DNA of 64,000 nucleotides. It comes from Ruditapes philippinarum (taxonomy: Eukaryota). Shown in pieces: positions 52,901 through 64,000 of the stretch. The stretch is from the NCBI RefSeq assembly GCF_026571515.1, contig NW_026855305.1:248001-312000 (forward strand). The letters are read 5' to 3'. The position numbers and the translations under genes were made by a program. The notes beneath the pieces are model-generated. The model was not told the origin of the DNA, ran no database searches, and saw only the letters and a list, made by a program, of their open reading frames with translations. The first letter of the stretch is position 1. Each line of letters starts with the position of its first letter.

Positions 52901-54047
52901 AACATCAAATGAGGCAGTATGCGGTGAACTAGGATGGTATCCACTATTTATTGATGTAATATTATGTAGTTATGTTAAGTTTTACCAAAGACTGCTAAGT
53001 GGAAATGTTAGCAAATTACTATCTGCTGCCTTTATTGAAAGTCAAACATTATTTACGGATAAAAAAGTTTGCTGGGTTTCTTGTGTACAACATTGTTTTA
53101 AGCATTTAGGTATATCTGATGCTGGTTTAACCAATAAGAACTTAGTAAATGTTGTTAAACTCAAGTTAGTGAAAATGTACCAAACCAACTGATGTTTGAA
53201 TATCTCAGGTACTGAAGGGAAACTTAGAACATACTCTTTGTTTAAACAAAGGTTTTGTAGAGAAGTGTACTTTAGACATATTAAGGACAAAGATGTAAGA
53301 ACTTTCTTCACCAAGTTTAGAGTAAGTGCACACAGATTGAATATAGAAACAGGCAGATATAAAAAGATCCCAGTAAATCAAAGGTATTGTAACTGTTGCT
53401 CTTCCAATCTTGTAGAAGATGAAATTCATTTTTCCATGTGTTGTACACAATTTGATAGTAATAGAGAACTACTATTTAGACAAATTGAAATATCAAATAA
53501 GAACTTTTATATGATGAATAATAAGCAGAAATTTGTTTGGTTAATGTCCTCGGAAGACCCTAGAATCTTGAATGTCTTTTCTAAATACCTACTCGAAATT
53601 TATAATAAAAGAAATCTTATGTTAGGTAGTACTATTAGTAATAAAGATTTGTCAGACCATTGAATGTATATTATTGTACTTGATTTATTTACTTCTTATT
53701 TTAACATTACTATGCCTGTGTTATTTGTTGTTTTTTTCCCAATAATACGAATTAAGCTTTAGTTACTTTATTGTCTTCATTTCTACCATACAATACACAA
53801 TTTGTTGATTGATATATTTTGTTTCATGCCTTATGTTTTATGCTTGTGATTATATATGTCATATAATATGACCCTTGATTGGTGAAATAAAACTATTCTA
53901 TTCTATTCTATTCTATCATGTCTATTGATTATCCAACATGATGGGCACCGGTCCAACAACTCTGAGTTACCTTTTCACATCATGTCTATTTCTTAATGCC
54001 AAGCATTGAGAAAAATCGAGTTCGATGTTTTACGGACAGCTCTTGTT
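49981..54047 (+). mobile_element. HINE/pearl-CvA-type non-autonomous element, split by the LINE
   Basis: Left end TTTTTAGCTCGACTATTC plus a (GTCGGC)-like microsatellite; right end ...AATCGAG...GGACAGCTCTTGTT. These are the reverse complement of the termini of the 36715 and 44449 copies. Confidence 0.8.
50177..53918 (+). mobile_element. Non-LTR retrotransposon (LINE, APE endonuclease + RT, probably RTE-X-like), 5'-truncated and disabled
   Basis: APE motifs RIGCWNVNG, ILCLQQ, GDTNAR, SVVDY, SDH; RT motifs KSAGLD, YRGIS, QIGF, FVDFAKAFD, GVRQGDNLSP, LLYADD, YKYFG; C-terminal KLRTY...SAHRLNIETGR..CxxC...EDEIHF..C. Two frameshifts (about 50680 and 51618) and two in-frame stops (52068, 53190). AATAAA at 53886, then a (CTATT)n tail; TATCA at both junctions. 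The clade call is from memory. Confidence 0.93.
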
Positions 54048-54939
54048 ATGAATGTGATGACTAATAGTTCTCTAATCTAGTAAAGTCAAACGTGTATTTA
54101 GCGACCGTGCAAGGGAAACGCCAAAAAATGGTCGCTTAACGAAAGCATGAAAAAAAGTCATTTATACATTACATCTTGTTTTCCAATGGGGAAGTTTTTC
54201 AACTTTATTTATATAATCTACTGTAAATAGATCCGGGGGATTTACAACGGTTGCATAAGACAAATTCGCTTAATACACATGGTCGCATGGCCAATTTAGA
54301 CTGTATGTGCAAAAATTGAATCAAAAAGCATTTTATTGTCGAAATGAACTTTATTTTTCCCCAAATATAACACAAAAAACAAATATGTACAGTAAATTTA
54401 ATAGTATTTACACTGCCCTTATTTATTTTGTTAATTGTTTGAAATTGCTTCTTTTTTACAAATATGAGATACCAACATATATTACAAAGCATGATCACTT
54501 AAAATAGAGAAAAACAGAATCCTTGCAGAGAGCTTAAAGTGATCAAACTGAAAATGTTGCAAGCTCGGTTTCATGGACTGTGGTGACAAGTGCAAAGCGT
54601 TCACTCACCCTAGCACCGACTTAAGCAGTATTGAACATTTGTACATGATTAATGTGATGGATTAATGTGATGAAAAAATTCATACATGAGAGATAATGTT
54701 ACTTATGTCCGAAAAAAATGAATGTAGACAGAAAGACAACAGCAATATCTTCATGAAAGGACTGTAAAATTATTTATAATTACCGTTCAAACGCCTTGTT
54801 AATAGATTATCTACATCTGAAAAAAAACTCACAGGAAAAATATGCTGAAGTACAGATATGTGACAAGGGCATTGCAAAGGCGGGACACTATACGCCGTAA
54901 TTTACATTTATGTGAGTGATCAAAAAATGTTTTATCTCA

Positions 54940-56200
54940 ATTTTCCTTATGACACTAAATGACCTCCAATGTGGAGGCAATTTTTACTCTAGCTGCACGA
55001 TTCGAGGTTTACTAGACAATGCTATATACCAGATATAGAGGTATAGTATTTATCAACAGAAAAATATGTGCTCTTATATTCCTTAGTCTACATAAGTGAC
55101 TACCAGGGCAGGCCCAATTTTTTACCTGAAAGCCCAACCATGATTAATACAATTTTTTGTAGAAATTGTTGCTACTTGCCAGCTAATCTCTGGGCATTGC
55201 AGTTTCACACGATAAGACTGAATTAAGTTTTCCTAAATTAGTCTATATAAAATGTGTGACCCCGGGGATTGATCCAAGATGCATGATTTACATCAATTTT
55301 GTAATGGTTAAAAAGGCAATGCTACATGGCAAATATCTAAACTCTAGGCTTAAAAGTTTCACAAAATAAGACTGAAACGTATTTTCTCATACAATATTAT
55401 ATCAACTAAGTGACCCAAGAGGCGGGGCCAATATTAATCAAATGGGTGTGATAAATAACAGTTTTGTAGAGACCAACAAGACAATGCCACATGTCAAATA
55501 TCAAAGCTCTAGGCATTGTAGTTTTAAAAATAATACTTAAATGTGTTTTCCTACACAGAACTACATTAACGATGTGATCCCCGGGACGGGCCCAATACTG
55601 ACCAAGTGGGGCACGATTAAGACCAGTTTTTTTTTCTGGATCACAAAGTGTTATTTCATGCCTTATATCTTAGCTCTGAGCATCGTAGTTTCACACAATA
55701 AATCCAATGTGTTTTTTTCCCTATATAAGTCTATATACATGTTAATCAAATGGCCCTGGGCAGGGCCATTTTGGACAAAGGGGCATGATTTATATCAGTT
55801 TAGTAAAGGTCAATAAGGCAATGTTACATACAAAATGTCTAAACTCTGGACATTGAAGTTTCTGACATAAGTCTATATAAATCAAGTTATCCCCGGGGTG
55901 GGATAAATTTTGATATCAGGAAACCAAAACCTGTTTTATGCACATTGTCGCATTATGTAAGAATTATTTATGCCAAAAAGTTATAATTTCTTTCCATCTG
56001 TTCAAGAGTAACAGAGCGGACACTAAAAAATTTGAAATTCATACTAAATGGCTGTGACCTTGATCTTGACTTAAGGAATGTCATGGTGAACATTTCTGCC
56101 AACCACATTTTTAGTTTCAGCTTTCTTCAACCGGTTCAAACTATACAGACCGAAAACTGCTAACAAACGGACGGACGGACGACCAGGTGTATAACTATTT
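54940..56200 (-). repeat. Old degenerate HINE-type core array
   Basis: Decayed recurrences of TGACCCC...GGGGCGGGGCCAAT / CTCTAGGC...AGTTTC related to the 38798 cores, ending in (GGAC)n at about 56168-56183. Confidence 0.6.
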
Positions 56201-56606
56201 ACATGTACGTCGATTATTTTCGGCCGTATAAAAACGTTGTTGATGACAAGTTACATAAGAATTTACATACAAATGTAATAACCATCGAGTACAGAGGTAT
56301 GATACAATATGCGTATTGCCAGTTCATCCTTTCTTCTGTGAATTTACAGTTTCTTATTTCATTCATTAACACTCTTCTGAATATTTATCAAATTCTGTTT
56401 TTTTCCCTTTTTGATAGGTTTCTTGAGTTTGTATTAAATCTTACGAAAATCTTGAAGTTAATATTGTTGTAATTATCAGCATATAAGCTTCAATGTCAAT
56501 TTTAGTGCAAAACTTTCTCATGTAGTTATAAAATTAAAATAATTTTAAAAGGAAATTATAGTCTTAAGCGCGAACCTTGAAATCACGTGTGTATTGTTTT
56601 CTTTTC

Positions 56607-58490
56607 TTACAGTTTGAATAAGAATATCTTATTTCGAACCTTCTCACCATGGCATGTAACGAAAACTTTATTTTGGTACGGAGAATAACAGATAGTTTTT
56701 GGGTACCGTATCCCGTCTTTGCTGTCATACACGATTCCTTTCTCGCTCAGATCCTCTTGAAATGCATACACGTTGCCTTCTTCCGAACCCATATCGCATA
56801 CCAGTACAGAGTCTTCTGCTGTTACTATTCCTTCCGGAGAAATATGCCAACCGGTGTCCTGTGAGATTTGAATGATGTCATCTTTATCACCAGATAGTGC
56901 AAGTCTTGTTAAAGATCCACTGCCCCTATCAGATACGTACACATATTGTTTGTCTTCAGACACGGTCAAATGTCTAGGCTGGTTAAACAATTGGTGGCCA
57001 TCAGCACTAGTATCTAGGGTATTAAGAACTTCCCCTTGAAGTGAAAGAACTTCTACTTTTGGAGGAGCGGTGAAGGAAACTATCAACTTGTCAGAAGTGC
57101 TAGTTATCCCGTAACAATTGCCATTTGCCTTCAAGCTGTGACTTGTCCTCCATCTGAATGGACCGAATCTTGTTACAATCTGAATCATACTGAGGAACGC
57201 GCAAGGTAATGTTACAGCAAGTAGATTATTGTTTACTACAGTCACGTCTTGTGGACTGAACGACATCTTCAAATATGAAGAAATTTTCTTTCGTTCGATG
57301 TCAACCATTTTGATACAATTGTTTTGGCTGTCAGCAATAACAAGTTCCTCATTTGAGAGCACGGATATGCCTGTGATATAGCAGGGGTTTCTATCGGACC
57401 TCGATTTAACACGTATGGTCCCAAGGAATTTAGACTCAGGTTCTTCTTCTTGACCATTGATCCCAACGGGACGAATGTCATCGTCAGTTGTTGCAGTCGA
57501 GTCAGTGGGAATGTCACTATCTGCGTTCTCAACAGACACGCACCCTTCATCAGCAACATGCATGATTCCAATTTCATTACACCCCAAAATATATTGAAAC
57601 ATGCCTTCGTCAGGTTCAAAGTGATAATGTCGAACGCTGTTGCATTTTTCATTCTGACTCAGTACTGCTTTTACTTTGATAATGTCGGGATTGCTTTTTC
57701 GCAGAGAAGAATTTCTGCTCGATTTTTTACTATCTTTTAATGTCTTTTTCTTCACCATTTGTATTTCTTCCCTAGCATCTTCACAATTATCGATAATGGT
57801 TTCCATTGTTTTCTTATCTTCTTCAAATAACTCCTTCGCTTCCTTTAAGGCATTATTTTCCAGGGAATCAATGTGGTCTTTCAGCATCTTGCACATACGC
57901 CTGATCTTTTCGACCTCTGAATCGTAATAGGACTCGACGTCTTCAAGATTCTTCTTTGCTTTTGTTATCTTGTCATTTGCTTTCGTCTCGAAACTGTCCA
58001 TCTCTTTAATAATGTTACTCACGTATTCAGCATTTGCATTTTCGTTGTTATCCGGAACGCATTCAGAGTTGCAATTTTCAGGGTGTTCTACTTTACAAAT
58101 ATGGCAGCCAGGCTGAAAATGAAAACGACAATACCACGTGACATTCTCTTCCGGGTGATTTGGGCATTTCCCGGAGCAATCAGTCAAAGATTTGGACCTC
58201 ATGAGCCCTCGGTACGCCTTCTCCTTTCCTAGAAGTTTGTGTTTTCGTAAAGTCTTCGCTTTGCGGTGATGCTTGAAACATTTATCGCAGAGAAATTCAG
58301 TACAACTTTCACAATATGCGTGCGCCTCCTTGCGGTCACCATGGGAATCACATGGGAAGCAATAGAAATGATAGTCTAGGCTGATTGACGTAGACGAACG
58401 TTGTGGCGAATGAAATAGACCGGAATCCCTCCTCCCCGACTTTTCTGAACTTCGGGTGGTCTGCCTACTATTTCTAATGAAAGACAACAT
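56607..58490 (-). CDS. RING-less TRIM-like protein: two B-boxes, coiled coil, NHL/beta-propeller C-terminus (about 627 aa)
   Basis: Uninterrupted ORF. B-box CFPC...YCESCTEFLCDKCFKHHRK...H; second degenerate B-box CPNH...YCRFH...GCHICKVEH; helical Lys/Glu-rich region; NHL-like repeats (ITGISVLSNEELVIADSQNNCIK, FNQPRHLTVSEDKQYVYVSD, SPEGIV, YPKTICY). An acceptor TTGCAG at 58513-58508 precedes the ATG at 58490. Confidence 0.88.
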   Translation of the reverse strand: MLSFIRNSRQTTRSSEKSGRRDSGLFHSPQRSSTSISLDYHFYCFPCDSHGDRKEAHAYCESCTEFLCDKCFKHHRKAKTLRKHKLLGKEKAYRGLMRSKSLTDCSGKCPNHPEENVTWYCRFHFQPGCHICKVEHPENCNSECVPDNNENANAEYVSNIIKEMDSFETKANDKITKAKKNLEDVESYYDSEVEKIRRMCKMLKDHIDSLENNALKEAKELFEEDKKTMETIIDNCEDAREEIQMVKKKTLKDSKKSSRNSSLRKSNPDIIKVKAVLSQNEKCNSVRHYHFEPDEGMFQYILGCNEIGIMHVADEGCVSVENADSDIPTDSTATTDDDIRPVGINGQEEEPESKFLGTIRVKSRSDRNPCYITGISVLSNEELVIADSQNNCIKMVDIERKKISSYLKMSFSPQDVTVVNNNLLAVTLPCAFLSMIQIVTRFGPFRWRTSHSLKANGNCYGITSTSDKLIVSFTAPPKVEVLSLQGEVLNTLDTSADGHQLFNQPRHLTVSEDKQYVYVSDRGSGSLTRLALSGDKDDIIQISQDTGWHISPEGIVTAEDSVLVCDMGSEEGNVYAFQEDLSEKGIVYDSKDGIRYPKTICYSPYQNKVFVTCHGEKVRNKIFLFKL

Positions 58491-59849
58491 CTTTTCTTGT
58501 AAATGAGCTGCAAGTAACAATAAAACATCGATGTACATACATAATATGTTACTGGCATTTTAAAAGAGAACTGACCAGTGCTGATATCATATGAGGGAAC
58601 ATGGTCATGATACGATTTAGGCTTGAACCTATGGTCTCTTGATTGATAGGCAGATACCTTAGTCAGGCTACCACTTCTCTCGAAAGTTGTGCAAATAAAG
58701 ATTCAATTTTGCATCACGATAGATATAATTAAATAGAAATATATCTTAGTTATTGTCACTCATGTAAGTTTCATGACACTGGGTTTTCACCCCTTTTGCT
58801 TGTCAGATTCTGCTTAAGCAGTTTGATATAAAAGACATTGAAATCGTGTTTCTTTATGTGATTGCTTTCTGTCTTCGGAGTTCAGGTTCGAATCTGACCG
58901 TGACATATATATCGCGAACACCTATCGGCCAACAATCGAATATGGCCAAACACCAACAGTTTGAAATGAAAATAAATTTTATAGAAAGAATAAAAAGAAC
59001 TTTATAGAATTTTAGTGACCAATCAGTCAGCCCGTAAAACTTTTAACACTCCGAGGCCGGAGGCGGTCCCAAACAGAAACGAATACAGTATTATAAAATT
59101 GTGTTCGTGGAAAAAATAATTAATTGTTGAATGGATGTAACCACATATTTTTGCACTTTGAAATATTGAAAGAAAGTCTAGTCATCTTTATTAACAGAAT
59201 TTTTATAACGAAAATCTATTGCGTGAACAATGAACAATGCCAAATTTAAATTCAGACCAATCTAGTTGCTTATCCTTAACATGTAGCGTTCTTTAGGAAC
59301 TGATTAAATCAGACCGAACATTTGACAAGAGCGTGAGACTTAACCATTTTAATAGTCAATACACATTGACTAACCAAAAAACGGAAGTAATATAATGTTT
59401 AAAATAACAAAGTATAAGAGAACAAATCGTTGTCTTCTATTCATGTTTTAGGTGTTTTTGTGCAGTCCATGTGATCATCGCTTGAATTAACTCTTTGTAT
59501 GAGGCGTTGCAATCATTCGCGTGTTTAAAACGCAAATTTTTTTGTTAGATTTTTTGAAATAGATATGGGCTTGAAATAATGAATTGATGATTATCGCTCT
59601 TTAAAATAAGATAAATACACCCGACACGTTTGATGTGTAATTTAGCCACACTGCTTTAAAAAAATCGGACAAATTACAAATGTACTTAAATAGTGCATAT
59701 ACATGTACTTGTATAGTTATATAAGCATTTAAAAATTGGTCAATGCACATGTACTTGTATAATTATATTAGCATGTAAAGTGGAGCTTTATTGTTTCCTT
59801 ACAGTAGTTTGGTCCTCTATGACAGATTAATTTTGAGTCGCTTTGCTTC

Positions 59850-60030
59850 GTAGGTTCGAATCCCGACATGGGCTTTTTTGTATGACGAAGACGAAGAATG
59901 GCGGAAAGTCGATGGTTCTACTCAAGACGCCCGCCCGTGCCTAGGGTAATGCACAAAGGGCACCTGAGGTCGTAACTTACTGGTAAAATTTGAAAGTCGC
60001 CTGACTTATTACCGTTACAGTGCCGGTGTT
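59850..60030 (+). mobile_element. Highly degenerate copy of the same SINE
   Basis: B-box GGTTCGAATCC at 59853; GTCGATGGTTCTAC...GCCCGCCCGTGCC...GGGCACCTGAGGTC...GAAAGTCGCC. Confidence 0.65.
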
Positions 60031-60445
60031 ACTATGCAAAGTATTACCATGCATTTACTGTTTAAAGTTCCATTATTCCCCGGCAATGATATGATTTTGA
60101 ATTTTGTTCCAAACATTTTCTCATTAGCCAATTGCCGGAACCATTTTTTTGCTTTTGATATAATATTTTGTGTGGAAGACAACATACTACTGTGTTTACA
60201 GTTTGGTGCTTTTATCAGCTTTCTTTAGATGATAACCATTTACCATTCCCTGACATTATTATTTAACGGTTAATTAACTTATGTTTTCCTTTGTATAGAA
60301 GGTAAAAAAAATTAATTTCTGAGGCATAATGTGCCTCTTACATTAATGACAAATCCGTTTAATGTCGGTTTTTATATATAAAAATGTAACTTTAAGTACA
60401 TGTACATAGAAAAAGATAATACAAAATCTTATTATAAAGTTATAA

Positions 60446-62270
60446 ATGAAATATTGAGAAATATTGAGAAATAAAACGCGTATTTTTCGTATTTTGCTGT
60501 AAAAAAAAAAATTTTTTCAACGCTGTGAAACATATATTTCCAGTATTTTCACTGTTGTCTTGCCGGCTGCTTTTTATCTAAACTCAGCCAATATGGGAAA
60601 ACCTTATGGTATGAAAATTATCAGATTTCACTCGTGGCTACCGCCACTAATGAAATATTTACTTTCATACCATTCGATGAAAATAAATCCTGTATTTATG
60701 AAAAAAAACTTTAATAATTATCTTCTATGTATTTAAATATATTTATATAATATATGTATGCTTTACTTTGGTAGATTAATACAATTAGAAATTAATGATT
60801 TTTTTATCCTCTACATTCCCTAATGTTTATTGTCTTTTATTTGATTATTTTCTTCCTCTTGTTTGGATTACACACACGTACAAAATGCGACAACTATTTT
60901 ATTTATTGCTTTCTGTTGAAAATAACCGTTCACATTCAAAATTTAAATGTTTGCTATTAAAACTGAATTATAAAATGTATTTGTTGAATGTAAAATTAAA
61001 TTTGTGTATTTGTACTTGAAACTCTGTTTCTATTTTAAAATACTGTGGCAATGACTAATTAACATGCTAATGCTGAGCCTTCATTTTCTTTTATTAAATC
61101 TTTATTTATCTTTGATTTTATTCATTCTTATTATATTATCATTAATTGCCATACTATGTTTAACCTTTGATTGGAAAGTTCTATTTTTTGAATTCTACAA
61201 ACGTAGCGTAAAGTCATGTTATAATTTAAACTGTTATGGTTTAAGCTCGTCAATGAATAAAAACATCTTTTTCATATAAATTGTTCTTATTTTAGATGTG
61301 TACGAATATAATGCATGTATTATATTCAATTATTTATTTAAATCATTAAATAAATTAGCATGCGCCTCGCGCGTTCACATAAAATTATTTTATTCAACGT
61401 GTCTCTTTCAATGATTTCCTATTACAATGTACATGTACTTTATTAAAAAAAAAACAACACCGAAACAAACAAAAAAATACTTCTATCTGAAAGGCACATT
61501 ATGCCTTACAATGACTGAGTGATGAACATACCTGAAAGTTCATATCAGTGTTAAATGAATTAAGAAGACAATATGTGAAAGGAATAATATTTATCCGCAA
61601 CCCAAATACCATTACATTCAGTAAAAATATAAATACCAGTATTAAAAATCATACTAAATCTATAAAATAATTTATGTATTTGTTAACGAGATTGTAAAAA
61701 ATTCACAACGCTATATACGGTATAAGAAAAAAAAACATGCTTGTTAATGTCATCCGAATTTGTGACTTTAATAACAATGTTCATATAAAATTTCAATGTT
61801 CTGTGATATCATGTATACTAGGGGTAATATTATGTATCCTCGGACTTGGAAACTTCTCCCGCATTGTACTTGTTTATATTTATATCTGCTATCAATTTGC
61901 ATGTCTCGCTGTTTATTATATCTTTATAAATGAAATATTGATGAAATAAAATGCGTATTTTCATTTTCCGTATTTTCACTGTAAAAATATATTTTTCACT
62001 ACTGTGAAACATATTTTCCATATTTTTCACTGGTGTCTTGCTGGAATATTTTTTTTTTCTAAATTATTCCAGCACACAAAATTTAATGTCAAAAAAGAAA
62101 AAAATGTATATAGTAAACAGTAAACATAAAATTCTTTATTTTTCTTTAAATAAATGATTTATTTTCAACTTGTTGTATGAAAATTTTCATATTTCACTCA
62201 TGGCTACCACCACTCATGAAATATTTATGTTCATACCACTCGATGATAATAAATCTTGTATTTATAAAAA
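60446..62270 (+). repeat. Two copies of an AT-rich dispersed repeat of about 300 bp (60446-60705, 61928-62270; fragment at 38705-38790)
   Basis: Shared blocks GAAATAAAA.GCGTATTTT...CTGTGAAACATA..TTCC..TATTTTCACTG and ATGAAAATT.TCA.ATTTCACTC.TGGCTACC...GATGA.AATAAATC.TGTATTTA. Confidence 0.75.
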
Positions 62271-62942
62271 GACCTTGACTATCCTCTTTGTATTTGTACT
62301 GAAACTTGCCTCATTATGTCATGTTTTAAGGGATACTCAGGCAAATAAATGACAAAAATATCAAAATGATTTAATGTACTCAAATCACGCTAAAATGATA
62401 TTCTTCTAAAGTCCCAGCATGAAATTCTGTATAAATTCTATTTATTTTGGGTTTGAAGCGAAATTATATCTACATGTATTGAACGAAATTTATACGCCGA
62501 CAGAATCACCGAATAGTTTTAAATCAAGCCATGTGGCTTGAACAAACCCTGGAACTTACAATAACCAATTTTGTGGATATTGAATGATTGAAACAAGTCT
62601 TAAGTCATTCATTTGATATGTCCTTTAACGTTTCCATAGTTCACTTTTGGAACTTATGTGATATTTTAACGCTCTAATCTGACCAACGCGGGTCAAGTTA
62701 GGAAACCAGCATTTTATTCTTTATAAGGAGACAAGTGTTGTTCCTAAGACTGCGTAGTTTTTCATTTTGAGGACATTTACAGAAAAGTGAATGAACGAAG
62801 AAATGAAAATGTTGTCTGTGTCTCCCTTTAACATGAAATGAATAAAAAAAATGAAGAACTGAAAAAGAATGAATTGAAAAACGAATCATTACTTCCCTAG
62901 TGCGAGCAAACATGATTTTTTTTCAACAATATAATAAATTTT

Positions 62943-63177
62943 GAGCCGCGTCATGACAAAACCAACATAATGGGTTTGCGACCAGCATGGATCCAGACCA
63001 GCCTGCACATCAGCGCAGTCTGATCAGAATCCATGCTGTTCGCTATCAGTTTCTCCAGTTGTTATAGGGTTTGTAAGCGAACAGCATGGATCCTGATCAG
63101 ACTGTGCGGATGCGCAGGCTGGTCTGGATCCATGCTGGTCGCAAATCCATTATTTTGGTTTTGTCGAGACGCGGCTC
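62943..63177. mobile_element. 235-bp palindromic MITE (Sola-like), copy 3
   Basis: Same family; the central spacer is the reverse complement of that in copies 1 and 2. Confidence 0.88.
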
Positions 63178-64000
63178 TAATGGTTTTATAACATGATAGA
63201 TGTGTGTTTACTTGAGGAAAGTAGCAGTTAGTTTGAAATTATTTGTCATAAAAGTAGCAAAATGTATAACAATGTAGTATTTTGATTTCAATACAAAATT
63301 CAAAATCACTGTTACTAGACTAATTGCCAAAAAGCAGCCAATTAAAAAGTAAGTTCAGATAATTGGCCCATGAGTAACTTTTTGGAAACTATACAGGTAC
63401 ACCAGGTATAAAAAGCTTTTTAGAAATAAAATATAATAAAAGCATTTTTGGGGGCATAATGGGCCTTTAAATAAAAGAATTACAAAGGAATAAATTAATC
63501 AAATCTACCTGTTAACAAATATATTAATTTTCTGGTTTTGTATCAAAGGTTTATACAATGATAGTATATATTGAATTACATATGGCTCTCAATTTCTTCT
63601 CTATTGCTCTAAAGAATTCATACAATCATGCAAAAAATGTGTATTATACAATTAAATATTCAAACATTCGTTAATAATAGACGGTTGTAATAGATCTTTT
63701 AAAATGTTATTTTAACCTTCCGCCTGAAACAGCAATTTTATGTCTTGAGAAATTGCCAACATATACCAAAATTAATATTGCGTATCTTTTTATGATTATA
63801 GAGCTATTTTCCTCGTTTGAATATTTTAAAATTATATTTTCCTGTTTTCAATTTCTCTATTTACGACTTACGACACCCAGAGCTACGTATGGCTACGGTG
63901 GCACAGAGGTGACATGTGTGTGTGTGTGTGTTTTTATTGAGATACTATGTCGTGGCCACGAGTAACTAAGTCATGCGCTCGAGATAATTGAGTCGTTACA

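Noticed and set aside
50121-53982. Apparent 56-bp target-site duplication around the LINE
   Set aside because: The extra TGTCTATT after the tail shows a 64-bp tandem duplication interrupted by the LINE; the junction overlap is only about 5 bp.

Overview
AT-rich animal genomic DNA. The repeat content (tRNA-derived SINEs, pearl/CvA/HINE-type elements, a RING-less B-box/NHL gene) points to a bivalve mollusc, which is my inference. I reconstructed five host genes by hand from GT-AG boundaries and recalled homology: cytoplasmic asparaginyl-tRNA synthetase NARS1 (+, 15 coding exons, 7944-19027, 546 aa), RBMX2 (+, 5 exons, 21941-25930, 387 aa), GPR180 (-, 9 exons, 45281-32423, 435 aa), a single-coding-exon class A GPCR with DQY/DPIIY motifs (+, 48576-49640) and a RING-less B-box/coiled-coil/NHL TRIM-like gene (-, 58490-56607). 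A disabled endonuclease/reverse-transcriptase LINE (50177-53918) sits inside a Helentron-type non-autonomous element (HINE). The rest is a dense, often nested mix of MITEs, SINEs, mini/microsatellites and one 258-N gap. The most striking unexplained pattern is that four HINE-type elements in four different GPR180 introns share one orientation and each ends only 8-38 nt from the upstream splice donor. Other leads are a decayed Penelope-type minimal hammerhead motif in NARS intron 1, a Crypton-like element with a recombinase-site-like dyad, and a SINE with a swapped 3' tail. Transposon superfamily labels rest on termini/TSD rules from memory, not on database searches.
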